NCBI GenBank assembly: GCA_028534125.1
Contig: CM052828.1
Coordinates: 28,026,001-28,090,000 of the forward strand
Reading direction: 5' to 3'
Origin: Lama glama
Lineage: Eukaryota
DNA: 64,000 nucleotides
This document shows, piece by piece, positions 14,213 to 28,369 of this stretch; position 1 is the stretch's first letter; the number at the start of each line of letters is the position of its first letter. The position numbers were made by a program, and so were the translations under genes. The notes beneath the pieces are model-generated. The model did not search any database and had not been told where the DNA came from. It saw only the letters and a list, made by a program, of their open reading frames with translations.

Positions 14213-14759
14213 ACTCTGATTTTATTTTCATAGGTGATATGCCATTTGTGAGATCACTTGAAAAGGAGTCATGGAATATTTTGATAAATATGTTGAAAAT
14301 TAATTTTATGACATAACATTTAAATATCAATAATAAAATTTATAGAAACATTCTCTGTCTTGTTTTTTATTTTATTTTATTTTATTGAGTTATAGTCAGT
14401 TTACAATGTTGTGTCAATTTATGGTGTAGAGTAAAATTTTTCAGTCATATATGAATATACATACATTAATTTTCACATTCTCTATCACCATGAGTTACCA
14501 CAAGATCGTGTATATATTTCACTGTGCTATACAGTATAAGCTTGTTTATCTATTTTATATATTATATTTTATATAAATATATATATATATTTATATATAT
14601 ATAAAATCTGTCAGTATCTATAAATTTTGAACTCCCAGTCTGTCCCTTGCCATCCCCATACCCTTTGGCAACCACAAGTTAATATTCAATGTCTATGAGT
14701 CTCTTTCTGTTTTATATTTATGTTCATTTGTTTTCTTAATTGTTTTGGCGGATTCCACA

Positions 14760-17700
14760 TATGAGTGATATCATATGGCATTTTTCTTTCTCTTTCTGGC
14801 TTATTTTACTTAGAATGACATTCTCCAGGGATATCCAGGTTGCTGCAAATGGCATTATGTTGTCATTATTTATGGCTGAAGAGTATTCTATTGAATAAAT
14901 ATACCGCTACTTTATCCAGTCATCAGTCAATGGATATTTAGGCTGTTTTAATGACTTGGTTATTGTAAATAGTGCTGCTATGAACATTGGGGTGCTGGTG
15001 TCTTTTTCTATTAGGGTTCCATCTATATATATATCCAGAAGTGGGATTACTGGGTTATATGGTAAGTCTATTCCTAGTCTTTTGAGGAATCTCCAGACTG
15101 TTTTCCACAATGACAGCACCAAACTGCATTCCAAGCAATAGTGTAGAAGAATTCACTTTACCCCACAGCCTCTCCATTTATTATTTGTGGACTTTTGAAT
15201 GATGGCCACTCTGACTCGGATGAGGTGATACTTCATTGCAGTTTTGATTTGCATTTCTCTGAGAATTAGATATATTGAGCATTGTTTCATGTGCTTATTG
15301 AACATCCATATGTCTTCTTTGGATAATTGCTTGTTTAGGTCTTCTGACCATTTTTGGATTGGGTGTTTGTTTTTTTCTTATTAAGTTGTATGAGCTGCTT
15401 ATATACTCTGGAGATCAAGCCTTTGCCTGTTTCAACTTTTGCAAATATTTTCTACTATTCCATAGATTGTCATTTTGTTTTGCTTATGATTTCCTTTGCT
15501 ATACAAAAGTTTGTAAGTTTCATTAGGTCCCATTTGTTTATTCTTGCTTTTATTTCTATTTCTTCGGTAGACTGCCCTAAGAGAACATTTTTGAGATACA
15601 TGTCAGATAATGTTTTGCTGATGTTTTCTTCTAGGAAGTTTATTGTATCTTGTCTTATGTTTAAGACTTTGATCCATTCTGAGTTTATTTTTGTGTATGG
15701 TGTGAGGGAGTGTTCTACTTCATTGATTTACATGCTGCTGTCCAATTTTCCCAACACCATTTGCTGAAGAGACTGTCTTTTTTCCATTGCATTTTTTTTT
15801 GTTGTAAGTTAATTGATGAAATATTTGTAGGTTCATTTCTGGGCTCTCAATTCTGTTCCATTTGTCCATCTGTCTGTTTTGTACTGATACCATGCTGTTT
15901 TGATTACTGTAGCTCTATAGTATTGTCTGAAGTCTCAGAGAGTTATTCCTCCAGTCTCTTTCGATTTCTTCAGTAATGCTTTGTCAATTCAGGGTTTTTT
16001 TATGGTTCTACATAAATTTTATAATGATTTGTTCTAGTTCTGTGAAATGAGTCCTGGATAATTTGATAGGGATTGTATTAAATCTGTAGATTGCCTTGGG
16101 CAATATGACCATTTTAACAATCCAGGAACATGGGATAATTTTCCATTTTTTAGAACCCTCTTTAAATTCCTTAATCAAAGTTTTATAATGTACAAGTATA
16201 AGTCTTTCACCTCCTTGGTTAGGTTTATTCTTAGGTATTTTATTACTTTGGGTGCTATTTTAAAGGGAATTGTTTCTTTACTTTCTTTTCCTGTTGATTC
16301 ATCATTAGTTTAAAGAAATGCAACTGATTGTTGTAAATTAATCTTGTAACTTGCTACCTTAATGAATTATTTTATTATTTCTAGTAGTTTTTGTGTGGAA
16401 CTTTTAGGATTTTCTATATATAGTATTATGTCATTTTCTTATAGTGACACTTTTACCTCTTCTTTTCCAATTTATATCCCTTTCATTTCTTTCTCTTGCC
16501 TGATTGCTGTGGCTAGGACTTCCAAGATTCACTATTGAATACTATATTGGCAGTAGGTTTGTCATAAATAGCTTTTATTATGTTGAGATATGTTCCCTCT
16601 ATACCCAGTTTAGTGAGAGTTTTTATCATAATTAGGTGTTGAATTTTATCAAATGTTTTCTACATTTATTGAGATGATCATGTGGTTTTTGTCCTTTCTA
16701 TTGTTGATGTGATGTATTACATTGATTAATTTGTATATGTTGAACCATCCTTGTGTTCCTTGGATGTACATAACTTGATCATGGTGTATAATCTTTTCTA
16801 TGTGCTGATAGATTCTGTTTGTTAATATTTTGTGGAGGATTTTTACATCTATGTTAATCAGTAATATTGGTTTATAATTCTCTTTTCTGGTAGTGTCCTT
16901 GTCTGGTTTTGGTATCAGGATGATGGTAGCTTCATAGAATGAGTTTGGTAGTATTCCCTCCCTTCAAATCTTCTGGATAGTTTGAGAAGGACTGGTATGA
17001 GTTCTTTGTATGTTTGGTAAAATTCCCCAGTGAAGCCATTTTGTCCTGGACTTTAATTTATTGTTTTTTTTTCTAATTTGACTTCATTTCTAGTGATATA
17101 TGTATTCAAGTGGTCAATTTCTTCTTGATTCAGTCTTGGTGGACTGTATGTTTCCAGAAACCTGCCCTTTTCTTCTAGGTTATCCATTTTGTTTCCATAT
17201 AGTTTTTCTTAGTATTCTCATATATTTGTATTTCTTTGGTATTAATTGAAATTTCTCCATTATCCTTTCTAATTTTGCTAATTTGTGCTCTCTTTTTTCT
17301 CTTTGTGAGCTTCACCAGAGGTTTATCAATTTTACTTACTCTTACAAAACAATAGCTCTTGGTTTGATTGATATTTTCTGTTTTTATTTAATTTTCAATA
17401 TATTTATTTTCTCCATGATCTTTATTATTTCCTTCCATCTGTTGACTTTTTTTTTTCTTTTTGCTCTTCATTTTCTAATTCTTTTACCTGGTAGGTTAGA
17501 TTGTTTATTTGAGTTTTTTTTCTTTTTTCATGACTATCTATCTCACTATAAACTCCCCTTTTAGCACTGCCTTTGTTGCATCCCATAAATTTTTTGTGGT
17601 TGTGTTTACATTGTTGTTTGTCTCAAAGTATTTCTTAATTTCTCCTTTGATTTCATTAATGACCCATTGTTTTTTAAGTAGCATGTTGTTTAATCATCTT

Positions 17701-18445
17701 TTTTCCTTTTTTTCTCTCTCTTTTGTTTTTCTGTAGTTTATTTCTAGTTTCATGGCATTGTGGTCAGAAAAGATGTTTGAGATAATTTCTACCTTCTTTA
17801 AAATCTTGGAGCTTTTTTTGTGCCTGGATTCATGGTCTATCCTAGAAAATATTCCACATTCACTTGAAAAGAGTGTGTATTCTATTTTGGGATAATGTAA
17901 TGTTCTGAAAATATCAACCAAGTCTAATTGTACTATTGTATCATTTAATTTCTCTGTTGCATATTTTATTTTCTATCTGGAATATTTGTCCAGTAATGTT
18001 AATGTGGTGTTAAAGTCTCCAACAATGATTGTATTCCCATTAATTTCCCCTTTTACCTCTGTTTGTATTTGCTTTATGTACTTAGGTGCTCCTATATTGG
18101 GTGCAAATGAATTAATGAGTGTAATATCCTGATCTTGTATTACTCCTTTAATCATTATAAAATATCCTTCCTTATCTTTCTTTATGGTTTTATTTTAAAG
18201 TATATTTTGTCTGTAATCAGTATTGCAACTTTTGCTTTTTTGTCATTTCCATTTACATGGAATATCATTTTCCATCCTTTTACTCTCAATCTATGTGTGT
18301 CCTTCTACCTAAAGTGGTTCTCTTGTATGCAACATATTGAAAGTTTTTCTATTATTATCCAGTCTGCAGCTCTATGTCTTTTGACTGGAGCATTTAGTCC
18401 ATTGATATTTATATTAATTAATGATAGATGTGTGTTTATTTCCAT
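14760..18445 (-). pseudogene. L1 ORF2p (endonuclease/reverse transcriptase), disrupted
   Basis: ORF fragments 17973..18155 (FAPNIGAPKYIKQ, IIVGDFNT), 17694..17921 (FSRIDH, FSDHNAMKLEIN), 14907..15134 (TPMFIAALFTI). Confidence 0.93.
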
Positions 18446-18855
18446 TTTGAAAACAGTTTTGTATTTGATTTGGTATTTCCTCGTTGCTCCGTTTTTTTTT
18501 TCTTTTGTGGTTTGATAGCATTCTTTTGTATTATCTTGGATTTTTGTTTGTTTGTTTGTTTTTGTGACTCAATTGTAAGTTTTTCTCTTCTGGTTACCCT
18601 TTTTTGTATGTGTATTAACCCATTACAATAAATGTTTGTATTTAACAGATAGTACTATAAGCTCAAACTCATTGTATTGAGAACAAAAAAATTTAAAAAG
18701 CAAAAATAACTCTATATTTTCATGTACCCCTCTCCCACTCTTAATGATTTAAATGTCTCCTTTTACAATTTCATGTTTATTCAGTTGTAACTCATGAGTT
18801 ATCACCTTTCCAATTATGGTTTTCTTATTTCTGTAGATTCCTTCTTCTTTTCTAT

Positions 18856-19740
18856 TTAGAGTAGATCTTTCAATATTTCTCTTAGTATAGGTTTAGTATT
18901 GTTAAATTCTTTTAGTTTTTGCTTGTCTGTGAAATTCTTTAGCTCTCCTTCTATTCTAAAGGATAAACTTGCTGAATAAAGTATCCTAGGCTGCATCTTT
19001 TTTCATTCAGTACTTTGAATACATCTTGTCACTCCCTTCTGGCCTGCATTGTTTGTGTAGAGAAGTTAGCTGAAAACTTTATGGGGGTTTCCTTGTAACT
19101 CATTCTTTGTTTTTCTCTTGCTGCCTTTAGGATCATTTCTTTATCCTTAACCCTGGCCATCCTTTTTGTAATACATCTTGGTGTGGTTCTGTTTGGGTTT
19201 TTATTGTTTGATACCTTCTGTACTTCCAATACTTGGATATCTGATTCCTTCTTTATGTTTGGGAAGTTTTCTGTCATGATGTCTTCAAATACCTTTTCAA
19301 TCCCTTTTGTGCATTTCTTTTCTTCTGAGACACCTATTATGCATAGTTTGGCATGCTTTATATTACACTGTAGGTCCCTTATATTGTGTTCATTCATTTT
19401 TGTTATTCTCTCAGCTGTTCTGATTGGGTGATTTCTGTTTTTCTATCTTTTAAATCACTTATTTGTTCCTCTGCATTATCTAACCTTCATTTTACAGCCT
19501 TTAAATCAACTCTTATCTCAGCAAATAAGTTTTCCAATTTTAATTTGCTCCACTTTATAGCTTCAATTTCATTTTTTGACATATTCTCTGTCTCTAAACA
19601 CAATCTCCTTTAGTTCCTCCAGTACTTTGATCACTCCTTTTTTGAAATCATGATCTAGTAGAGTATCATTCTATTTCATTGATCATTCTTTCAGGGGATT
19701 TCTCTTTTTTTTATTTGGGAGTATTTCTCTGCTTCTTCAT
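18856..19740 (-). pseudogene. L1 ORF1p, disrupted
   Basis: ORF 19029..19397 (IEKVFEDIMTENFPN, KEMILKAAREKQ, ARRE). Confidence 0.93.
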
Positions 19741-22700
19741 TTTACTTATATCTCTCTGGCAATATGGCTTATGGAGTATCGGCTAGCTACTGTGGTCCTT
19801 AAGGAGTTTATTTATTTATCTACCTGAAGTAGATGAAGAAATAAAACTGAAAAAATAATAAATTTAAAAGAAACAAAAATATTTGAAAACAGACTGTAAT
19901 CAATAACAAAGAACAAATTGAAGTAAAATAAATATTGAGTTGAGGTGTATTTTAAAAACCTTAAAAGAAAAAAAAATAGATAACGGAGTATAATCAATAA
20001 CAGAAGAAAAAAGCAAAGAAAAATAAAGTGAAATTGAGGCAAATTTTTAAAAAATTAAAATATTTTAAAAGTACAGTTTAAAATTGATTAAAATAGAGAC
20101 ATAAAAATTGTTTGAAAAGTAAAAATTAAGAAATTAAAAGAGAGTAGAACAGAGAGAAATAAAAGTGAATGTGCTCTCATAGAAACAGTGCACTTTTAAT
20201 GATTTTGTTGAGAGGTCCTTCTTAAATATGAGTGGTTGTCAAGTCTTACTTTGATGTGTTTAGGGGTGTGGGCATTGATCTGATAGTCAGAGCCCACCCT
20301 TGTAACTTATTTTTGCTTTTTAGTTGTCACAGCTCCTGCCCTTGCCATGCTGTGTGAACTTAGCTTACTGGTTCCAGAAGCCCTCTGTTCACACCCCTGG
20401 TCTCTGCTGCTCCCAGTGCTGGTCAGCTGGCAGGTTGCACCCCCCCTCCTGATGCTATGGTCAGATGCTTCACTCATGCATGGTAAGTGGGCAGGTTGCA
20501 CCCCCTCCCAACACCTCCATCAGATGCTGCACTCATGAATAGTATGCCAGTAAGTTGCTCCCCTGCTCTGTGCAGTTCCCCACTCTGCCTTGGTTATGCA
20601 TTCCATAGGCAGGCTTGGGGAAAATGGCAGAACAGCACTCACCCCTGCTTTGTGCCAGATATTGGCTCCTTTTGCATTTGTCTTAGAAGCATGAGTTCAC
20701 AGGGCAGTAGGATCCTTTCTGCCTTGGGCTGTAAATAAGATTCAATCCTGTCTATGAGGTTACTAAGCCCCTAGGTATGGATTTAGATTTTGACCCCACC
20801 CCCACCTGGGTGCTAAACCCTAGACAATATAGTGGCAGTGGCTGAGCCCCACCTCTTTTTTCCTAATAACCTGCCAGTAATGGTTCCATGGATTTTCAGA
20901 GACACATGCTATGGTACCTCTCCCCACAGTTCACAGCACCCATGTTGCTTTTTTTTTCCATAATTTATGGGAACCCAGGTTGTTCTGCTCTGTATACCCT
21001 CCCAGCCATGACACACAGCACACTAGTCCCCCAAGGATGCCTCTGTACCAACTGCCCAGTCCTTGCCTGGCTTGGGCAGGCTTTCCCATCCCCCACCTGC
21101 CACTTTGCCTCTAGGAATGGGGGTCAAAGACACCCTTTGTGCCCATTTATCTTAGTTCTTTTGGTCAAGGGTTACTCCATAGAGAACTGAGCCTCAGAGG
21201 TTCCCCCTTAGCCCCACTGACCTCTCCATTGGAGAGGGGGCAACCCAGTGACTGAGCACTATTTCTTCTTTGTCACTCCCTCCTTGTGGGACCCATCCTA
21301 CACTATTTTGCTTTTTCTTCTTTCTTTTTTCCTTTTCTCCTACCAGATTCACTGCATATTTTGTCTTTTGAAGAAGGCAATGTTCTTTCAAAGTTCAGCA
21401 GGTTCTCTGATTGGCTGGGTGGGTCTGTGGATGTCAGTCTTGGTGTATTTGTGGGAGAGGGTGAGCTACGAGTGTCCTTCTACTCCACCATCTTGGCTGT
21501 TCTCTGTATTTTTGTTATTTTTATCTTCAATATTGCTTAGTTCTTTTTTCTTTTGATAAATATTTAATCATTAGATTAAATCTGTTTCTAACAAAACATA
21601 ACCATAAAGAAAAGCTCTAATAGATATAAACCAGGTAAATTTCCATTTCAAGTAATTTGCACTTGCAGTTCTGCTGCTTATTACTATTTTTTTTCAGTTA
21701 TTCACATGGCATACTCCTCTTTCAAATTACTGCTTACATTGTGTGTTCTCAGCAAGGCCTTCCCTGTCCATCTCATTAAAATTCAACTTGCCACAGAACT
21801 CTATTCCACTTAGTATCTTTAAAATTAATTAATTAAAGTTTTCTTTTTTGTTTATGTGTTTTTTCTTTAATATTACACTTTAAAAAAGCTCTTTGGAGGC
21901 ATTTTCTTCTCTCATTCTCCAAAACCTAAAAAGGTATTTAGTATGTAAGAGCATGCATAAATAGCACTTGCTGAAAGAATGAATATAACCTGCTTTGTAA
22001 AGTAAAACAAAATAAAATAATGGGCAACATTTTGTTTAAATATTATATATATATATACACACACAATAAAAGTTTTGGTTTTCATAGTCCATTGTGAGAA
22101 TTTTACTGATTTTACTGTCTTAGTTTTCATAACATTAAGCAATACGAGTATAATTTTGTATTTTTTGCTGGAATGCATCAATAGTAGGTGAAATAAATAT
22201 ACTATACGGAATTCTTCTTATATAATTATTTTTTATTTAGATATTTGACACACTTGACCTTTGATAATAGGCAGCATACTGCTTCAAATAAATGATGGTT
22301 ATGTTTGACTTATTACCATGTTTTAGAATCTCCATTATACTATTTCAATACAAAATTTCTATATATTGTGGAAAGCAAAGGTATTTTAGATCCAAAAACT
22401 ATTATTAGCATAATACTCTTCAAATTCTGGGTGATTTACATCAGCTTCCTCAAGATTTAGCACCACTACTTAACTCTAACTCATTTTATATACCAATACA
22501 CAAGATTTCACATGGGGAAAATAAAAATATGAATCTGTTAAAGACCAAGAAATGACATTATAGAAATACTTTGAGAGTATAAAATAAGTTGCAACATAAT
22601 TCTGAGAAAGTTTTAGCCTTTGTAATTGTGTTATGCAACTCCTTACTCATTCATATGGTCTGATAAACTTAGGAAGTTAAAGATTTATAGGCAGCTTATC

Positions 22701-25149
22701 ATCCCTAACATGCCTAATGAATATCTCAAGAATAGAAGTAAATATACAGTTTAAATAATCTGAGTAACTGTTTAAAATAGTAGTACTTATTTAATAGCTT
22801 GGTATATTGAACATTTTTACCATAATTTATATAAATGTAAAAATAAATGTGATTTAGTATTTCAAAATGTGACTAATTAATGAAATAGTCTATTATAATT
22901 GCAAAGTTATTAAGTGTGAAGAAAATAATGCTAATTTGCTTCCATTATATACTCATAAAGTCATGAAATTGGTGTTTAAGTAGCAACAGTGGCATTTCTC
23001 CAAATATTTAGTACCAGTAATGATTCTGATTATAAAGGTTAGGAATAGAGGATGTTATTCTGTCAATTATATTGGAAAAGCTAGTACTTGTAAGTTTTTG
23101 CATCAATAGTAGACTTGAAAGTGATATAATGGAAGGGCTTTTTTGTAATTTAATAGCATATCAAATTGATTTTATTAAAATTATGATTGTGTTTCAATAA
23201 TTGAAAATTAAGTATTAGATTTTTCTCATATATATGCCTGGTCTTTCAAAATATTTATAATGTAGTAACTTCATACAGTTTAAAAATAATCACAAATTTC
23301 TCAAAAAAATTAATTTTTTAGTAAACGTTGAGAGAATATTTAAAAAGTTGTCTTGAAGATAAATATGATTTTTTCAAATTGCTTATTTCCTTTTTATGAT
23401 TAAACAGTTTATACTCAAAAATGTTCTTAATTTTAGAACAAAAGTAGCTCACTAAAACATTAATTGATTTAATGACAAATTTATGTTTAAATATATATGT
23501 ATGTATATATATACAAATACACAAAAATCAAAATTATGAAGTATCCATTCTCAAATTGACACAAAAAATAACAAAGTTTTCAGAAATCATTCTTCTCACA
23601 TTTCTCTTTGTAGTAAGTACATTTCAACTTCTTCACTTCAAAGACAGGTTTTGAGCCTGGTGCAATTAAAATTTGTACTTATGATTTTAAATGGCCATTT
23701 ATTCTGGTAGTAAATATTAATCAAGAACATGATTTTTTATATGTCAGGGGTGTCAAAACAGACTCCCTAATGTTACAGAAGCCATGTCAGACAGCAGCTG
23801 GGATACAGGCAGTAATTGAACATGTTTAAAAATCTACCCAATGCACTGAACAGATTTCAATGTCTGCTGTGTTTAAGATCCACTGGGTTGTGAAATGGTG
23901 GCTTCATTCACACAGATGTTAATATCTCCAGGCTCTTCTCTAGCTTTGTAGCTTCTCATTTACATATCTGCTGTAGTTCAGTGTTCATCAAGTGAGATAT
24001 GGCTCCTTGTCACACTCTTTATAATAAAGCATGTCTGAGACAAATATGAGCAACTGTAATTACAGCTCATTAAGGCTTAAGAAGAAAAAGAAAAAGGAAG
24101 ATTGCAGTTGTTAAATCACCAGTGCTTCATTAAATTTTTTTAACTGTGTAAATACCTGAAACTGATAAACACAAATTACTCATGGAAATTTTGTTTTAAA
24201 AGTTTTATACTGTTTCTTGTTTACTCAGTGAAAATAGTATTAGATAATGATTTATTCTTACATTTAGCATAATTTTGAAATAGGTATGTATATAGAGCAA
24301 TTCCCTAACTACTTAAAAGTCATTTCATCAATTAAATGGAAAATACATGGATTCCTGATCAGGAGTTAGAAAAATTATAGCATAGTTAACTTGGTTTCAC
24401 ATTTAAGGACATTGTTGCCTGTTATGATGAGGTTAAACACTGTAATGCTTAAACTGCATTACCTGCCACAAAGCTGGCATCTTTCAATTGAATCTATTGT
24501 CTTTGTGCACACAGTAATTTGCTGCAATGTCTGAACTACACTAAACTAAACATAACTTGACAGTGAGCTGCTCAATTGTGACATTTATCAGGATACACAT
24601 GACTCTTTCCTCTTCTACTACCAATAATAGTTCTACTTTTGATTTTGACTTTACAGAAATGTGCTTTTGAAGTATGCTGTGCAGTCTACCTTGTGTTCCA
24701 ATTGGTCTTCAATTTTCTTGTGAGTATTTTGCAAATTTGTTTTTATATTCCTGTTTAAAGAACAATTCTTGTAAAGATGATTTTGATTTGATATTATTTT
24801 TAGTGTTATTCAACTTATCCTTCACATTTGTATATAGTTCTCAATAGGAATAACCTTTTATGAGGCATAGAAGGGAAATAGAGAAAACTCTTCTCCTTAC
24901 ATTAAGTTCACAGAAAACTGGAAAATGACAACTTCATCAACATGTCCTTAAATACACAGCTTCTTTTTCAGTTTTATTAGATAGAATTGTTACAGTATGA
25001 ATGCACATATACAATATATTGCATGTAAATACATGTAAATACATGCAAATATTTTTAAATTTACATGAGTACTATTCAATATTTCTAAGAATGTTTTGAG
25101 CTTTAGCTTTTTAAACTTACATAGTTATCAAAGGAATAAAGCCAAACAC

Positions 25150-25700
25150 AAAATAAAAATTAATTTAAAAATATACATACATCCAACTATTAACAGCAAT
25201 CCTTTTTATAATTGCCAAGATATGGAATCATCCTAAGTACACATCAATAGATAAATGGATAAAAATGATGCAGCATATATATTTAATGAAATACAAATCA
25301 CCCATAAAAAAGAAGGATATGTTGCCATTTGCAGCCCTTCATTCACTTTTTTATTTCTTCTTTTCACTTCAAAAAATAGGATTTTATAACTGGCATAAAC
25401 ATTTTCATTGCATCAAAAACAACAAATCTCCTAGAAATAAACTTAACCAAGGAGGTTACCTGTACTCTGAAAACTGTAAATCATTGATGAAGGAAATTAA
25501 AGATGACACAAAGAAATGGAATGGTATCTTGTGCTCTTGTTTAAAAAAATCAACATTATCAAAATGGCTGTACTATCCAAAGTAATCTACAGATCAAATA
25601 AAACCCCTGTCAAAATACTCACATTTTTCACAGAACTAGAACACACAATTCCAAAATTTACACGGGGACATAAAAGACCCTGAACTGTTAAAGAAATTTT
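25150..25700 (+). mobile_element. Two LINE-1 ORF2 fragments (C-terminal end ~25150-25335; post-RT segment ~25400-25700)
   Basis: gccaagatatggaatcatcctaagt; [20 protein letters not shown] in ORF 25265..25585. Confidence 0.85.
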
Positions 25701-27640
25701 TGTAGGCCATTTTTTTCTTTTTTCTTTCTTCTTTTTGTTCTTTTTTCTTATGGTTTTATGACTACAGAAGTTCCTTTAACATTTGTTGTAAAGCTGGTTT
25801 AGTGGTGCTGAAATCTTTTAGTTTTTGTTTATCTCTGAAGCTAGTGATTTCTTCATCAAATCTGAATGAGATCCTTGCTTGATAGAGTATTCTTGGTTGT
25901 AAGTTTTCCCCTCTCATCACTTTAAATATATTGTGCCACTCCCTTCTGGCCTGTAGAGCTTCTGTTGAAAAATCAGCTGATAACTTTATGGGAGTTCACT
26001 TGTATGTTATTTGTTGCTTTTCTGTTGACAATTTTAATATTTTCTCCTTATCCTCAATTTTTGATAATTTGATTACTATTTGTCTCAGTGTGTTCCTCTT
26101 TGGGTTGATCCTGTGTGGAACTCTGTGCTTCCTGAACTTAAATGATTGTTTCCTTTCCCAAGCTGGGGAAGTTTCCTGTTATTATCTCTACAAACATTTC
26201 ATCAAGTCCTTTCACTCTCTTTTATCTTTCTGGGACCTCTATAATGTGAATATTAGTATGTTTCATGTTGTACCAGAGTTCTCTTAAACTATATATTTTT
26301 TTTCATTCTTTTCTCTTTTTTCTGTTCTGAAGTAGTGATTTCCACTAATCTGTCTTCTAGTTTACTGATCCATTCTTCTGCCTCATTTAGTCTATTCTTG
26401 GTTCCTTCTAGTTAATTATTCATTTCAGTGATTTTTTTATTCAACTGTTTGAGTATTCTTTATATTTTCCAGCTCTTTGCTAAAAACTTTACTCTGTGCT
26501 TCTATATTCCTCTTGAGTTCTCTGAACATCTTCACCATCATCACTTAAATTTTTTTTCTCAAATTTCTTATATCCTTATTACTTATTTCTTCTTCTGGGA
26601 TTTTATCTTGTTCCTTGCCCTGGGAGATATTCCTCTGCTGCCTTATATTGTCTATAAATATGTATTTTTAGGTAAGTTAATTACATTTCTCAAACATGGA
26701 GAGGTGATTCTCCATGGGAGACATCCTATGCATCCCAGCTGTACACTGTCTTGTCATCTAAGGACCAGTGTCCACCTGTCCCAGTGTAGATATGGCCTGT
26801 GTTTGTGGACTCCTTCCACAGGCTCTGGGATTATTGTTTTCTTATTTCTGATATCTGTCCCTGGTGGATGAGGCTAGACTAGATGCTTATGCAGGTTTCC
26901 TGGCAGTAGCAGACATTGCCTGCCCACTGTTGAGTGAAGATTGGTGTTGGACCTCTGGTAGGTAGGGCCTTGTCTAGAGGTGTTTGTGGCCTAGGAAGTC
27001 TGCTGCTGTGTTGCTACCCTGTATGTTGTTTGGCCTGAGGCTTCCCTATAGGCTGTTGGGTGGTGCTAGGTCTTGGCACTGGTGATACAATCAAGATGTC
27101 AGCCTCCAGGAAAGCTCATGTAGATGAACATTCCTGGAATGTCTGCCACCAGCTTTTATGTCCCATGGGTGAGCTACAGCTACCCTTCATGTCCCCAGGA
27201 GACCTTCCAAAACCAGAAGAAAGGTCTGCTCCAGGTTCCTATGAAATCACTGCCTCTGCCCTTGGAGCTGGCACATGTGAGATTCTGTGTATGCTTCCTA
27301 AGAGAATGAAGTCTCTTTTGCCTAGGGGCTCCTGGAGCTAAGCCCCATTAGCCTTCAAAACAAGGTGTCTTGGGGTTTCATCCTCCTCCCATTGCCAGAA
27401 CTCTGGGCCTGGGATTCTGATGGGCAGCATAGAACTCTCATTCTTATTGGGGGGTCTCTGTAACTTAATTATCCTTTATCTTGTGGTTTGCCCAAACCTG
27501 GGGTATAGGGTCCAATTATATCATGAGTACACCCTTCCTACCATTCTGCTGTGGATCCCATTTTATGTTTCCAATTGAAGAAGATATTTTTTGCTAGGTT
27601 CCAGTATTTTTTTTTTTGATGGTAGTATTTGTGGTTAGAG
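25700..27640 (-). mobile_element. Old LINE-1 5' half (5'UTR, ORF1, partial spacer)
   Basis: rc ORF1 motifs (ccactcccttctggcctgtagag, aaaatcagctgataac); 5'UTR homologous to 13300-14200. Confidence 0.9.
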
Positions 27641-27977
27641 GGATCCACCATGAATAATAGACACTCCCAACATTCCCGAACTTCAAAATGTTTAGAGTAA
27701 CCTCCCATAACCTGGGACAATGATCAGACCTTTCCTGGGAAGTCAGATTCCTTACTACAAAGTGATTCAACAGGAACCTAAACCAAAGCCTGATATTTAT
27801 CACATCTAGACTCTTGCTATCCACTGTTTCATTCAACCACATGCTAGCCTCATGTTAGTCAGTCTAACCAGAACACAGGCTCTTGCCCACATCCAACCCT
27901 TGTATGAGTATGTTCTATTTACACTCAGTGCTCTATAGGAAGTCATGCTCTTCTTTTGACAATTTAAATGATAAATG

Positions 27978-27990
27978 ATAGGTAGGTAGG

Positions 27991-28040
<50 letters not shown>
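27978..28040 (+). repeat. (GGTA)n(GATA)n tetranucleotide microsatellite
   Basis: Directly visible. Confidence 0.97.
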
Positions 28041-28042
<2 letters not shown>

Positions 28043-28369
28043 CCCTCCAATTTCAGCTAATCAAACAAACAAAAAGCAAACCCCAAATCAAAATTTCACT
28101 TTAAAGTTCATGTAAATGACTTTTAAGTTACATAGTCAAGAAATCAGAATAATAGTTTTCCCATGGTTTGTTAAGTAATAGATACTGATATTTGTACACT
28201 CCTTATTTAGTTTTTTGTCTTTATGTGTGCATCATGTTTAAATGCATTTCTGTTTGGAATTGTACACTGATTCCCCATTGGCTCCATAACAGAGCCTAAG
28301 CTCTTTACTTTGTGGTAAACTGTATAACTGTTAGTCTATTCCAATTCATTTTTCTGGATTGTCTCTCCC

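Larger units (their letters stand above)
14360..21505 (-). mobile_element. Full-length (~7.1 kb) LINE-1, inactive
   Basis: T-rich tail at 14360; 3'UTR, ORF2, ORF1, ~1.7-kb 5'UTR; 5' terminus reads (rc) cagccaagatggtggagtag. Confidence 0.97.

Noticed and set aside
14570..14597. 28-bp perfect AT palindrome
   Set aside because: Trivial product of a (TA)n tract in an L1 3'UTR.
14351..21512. TSD ttctctgt flanking the full-length minus L1
   Set aside because: Short, and the right copy overlaps sequence that may belong to the L1 5' terminus, so it cannot be confirmed.
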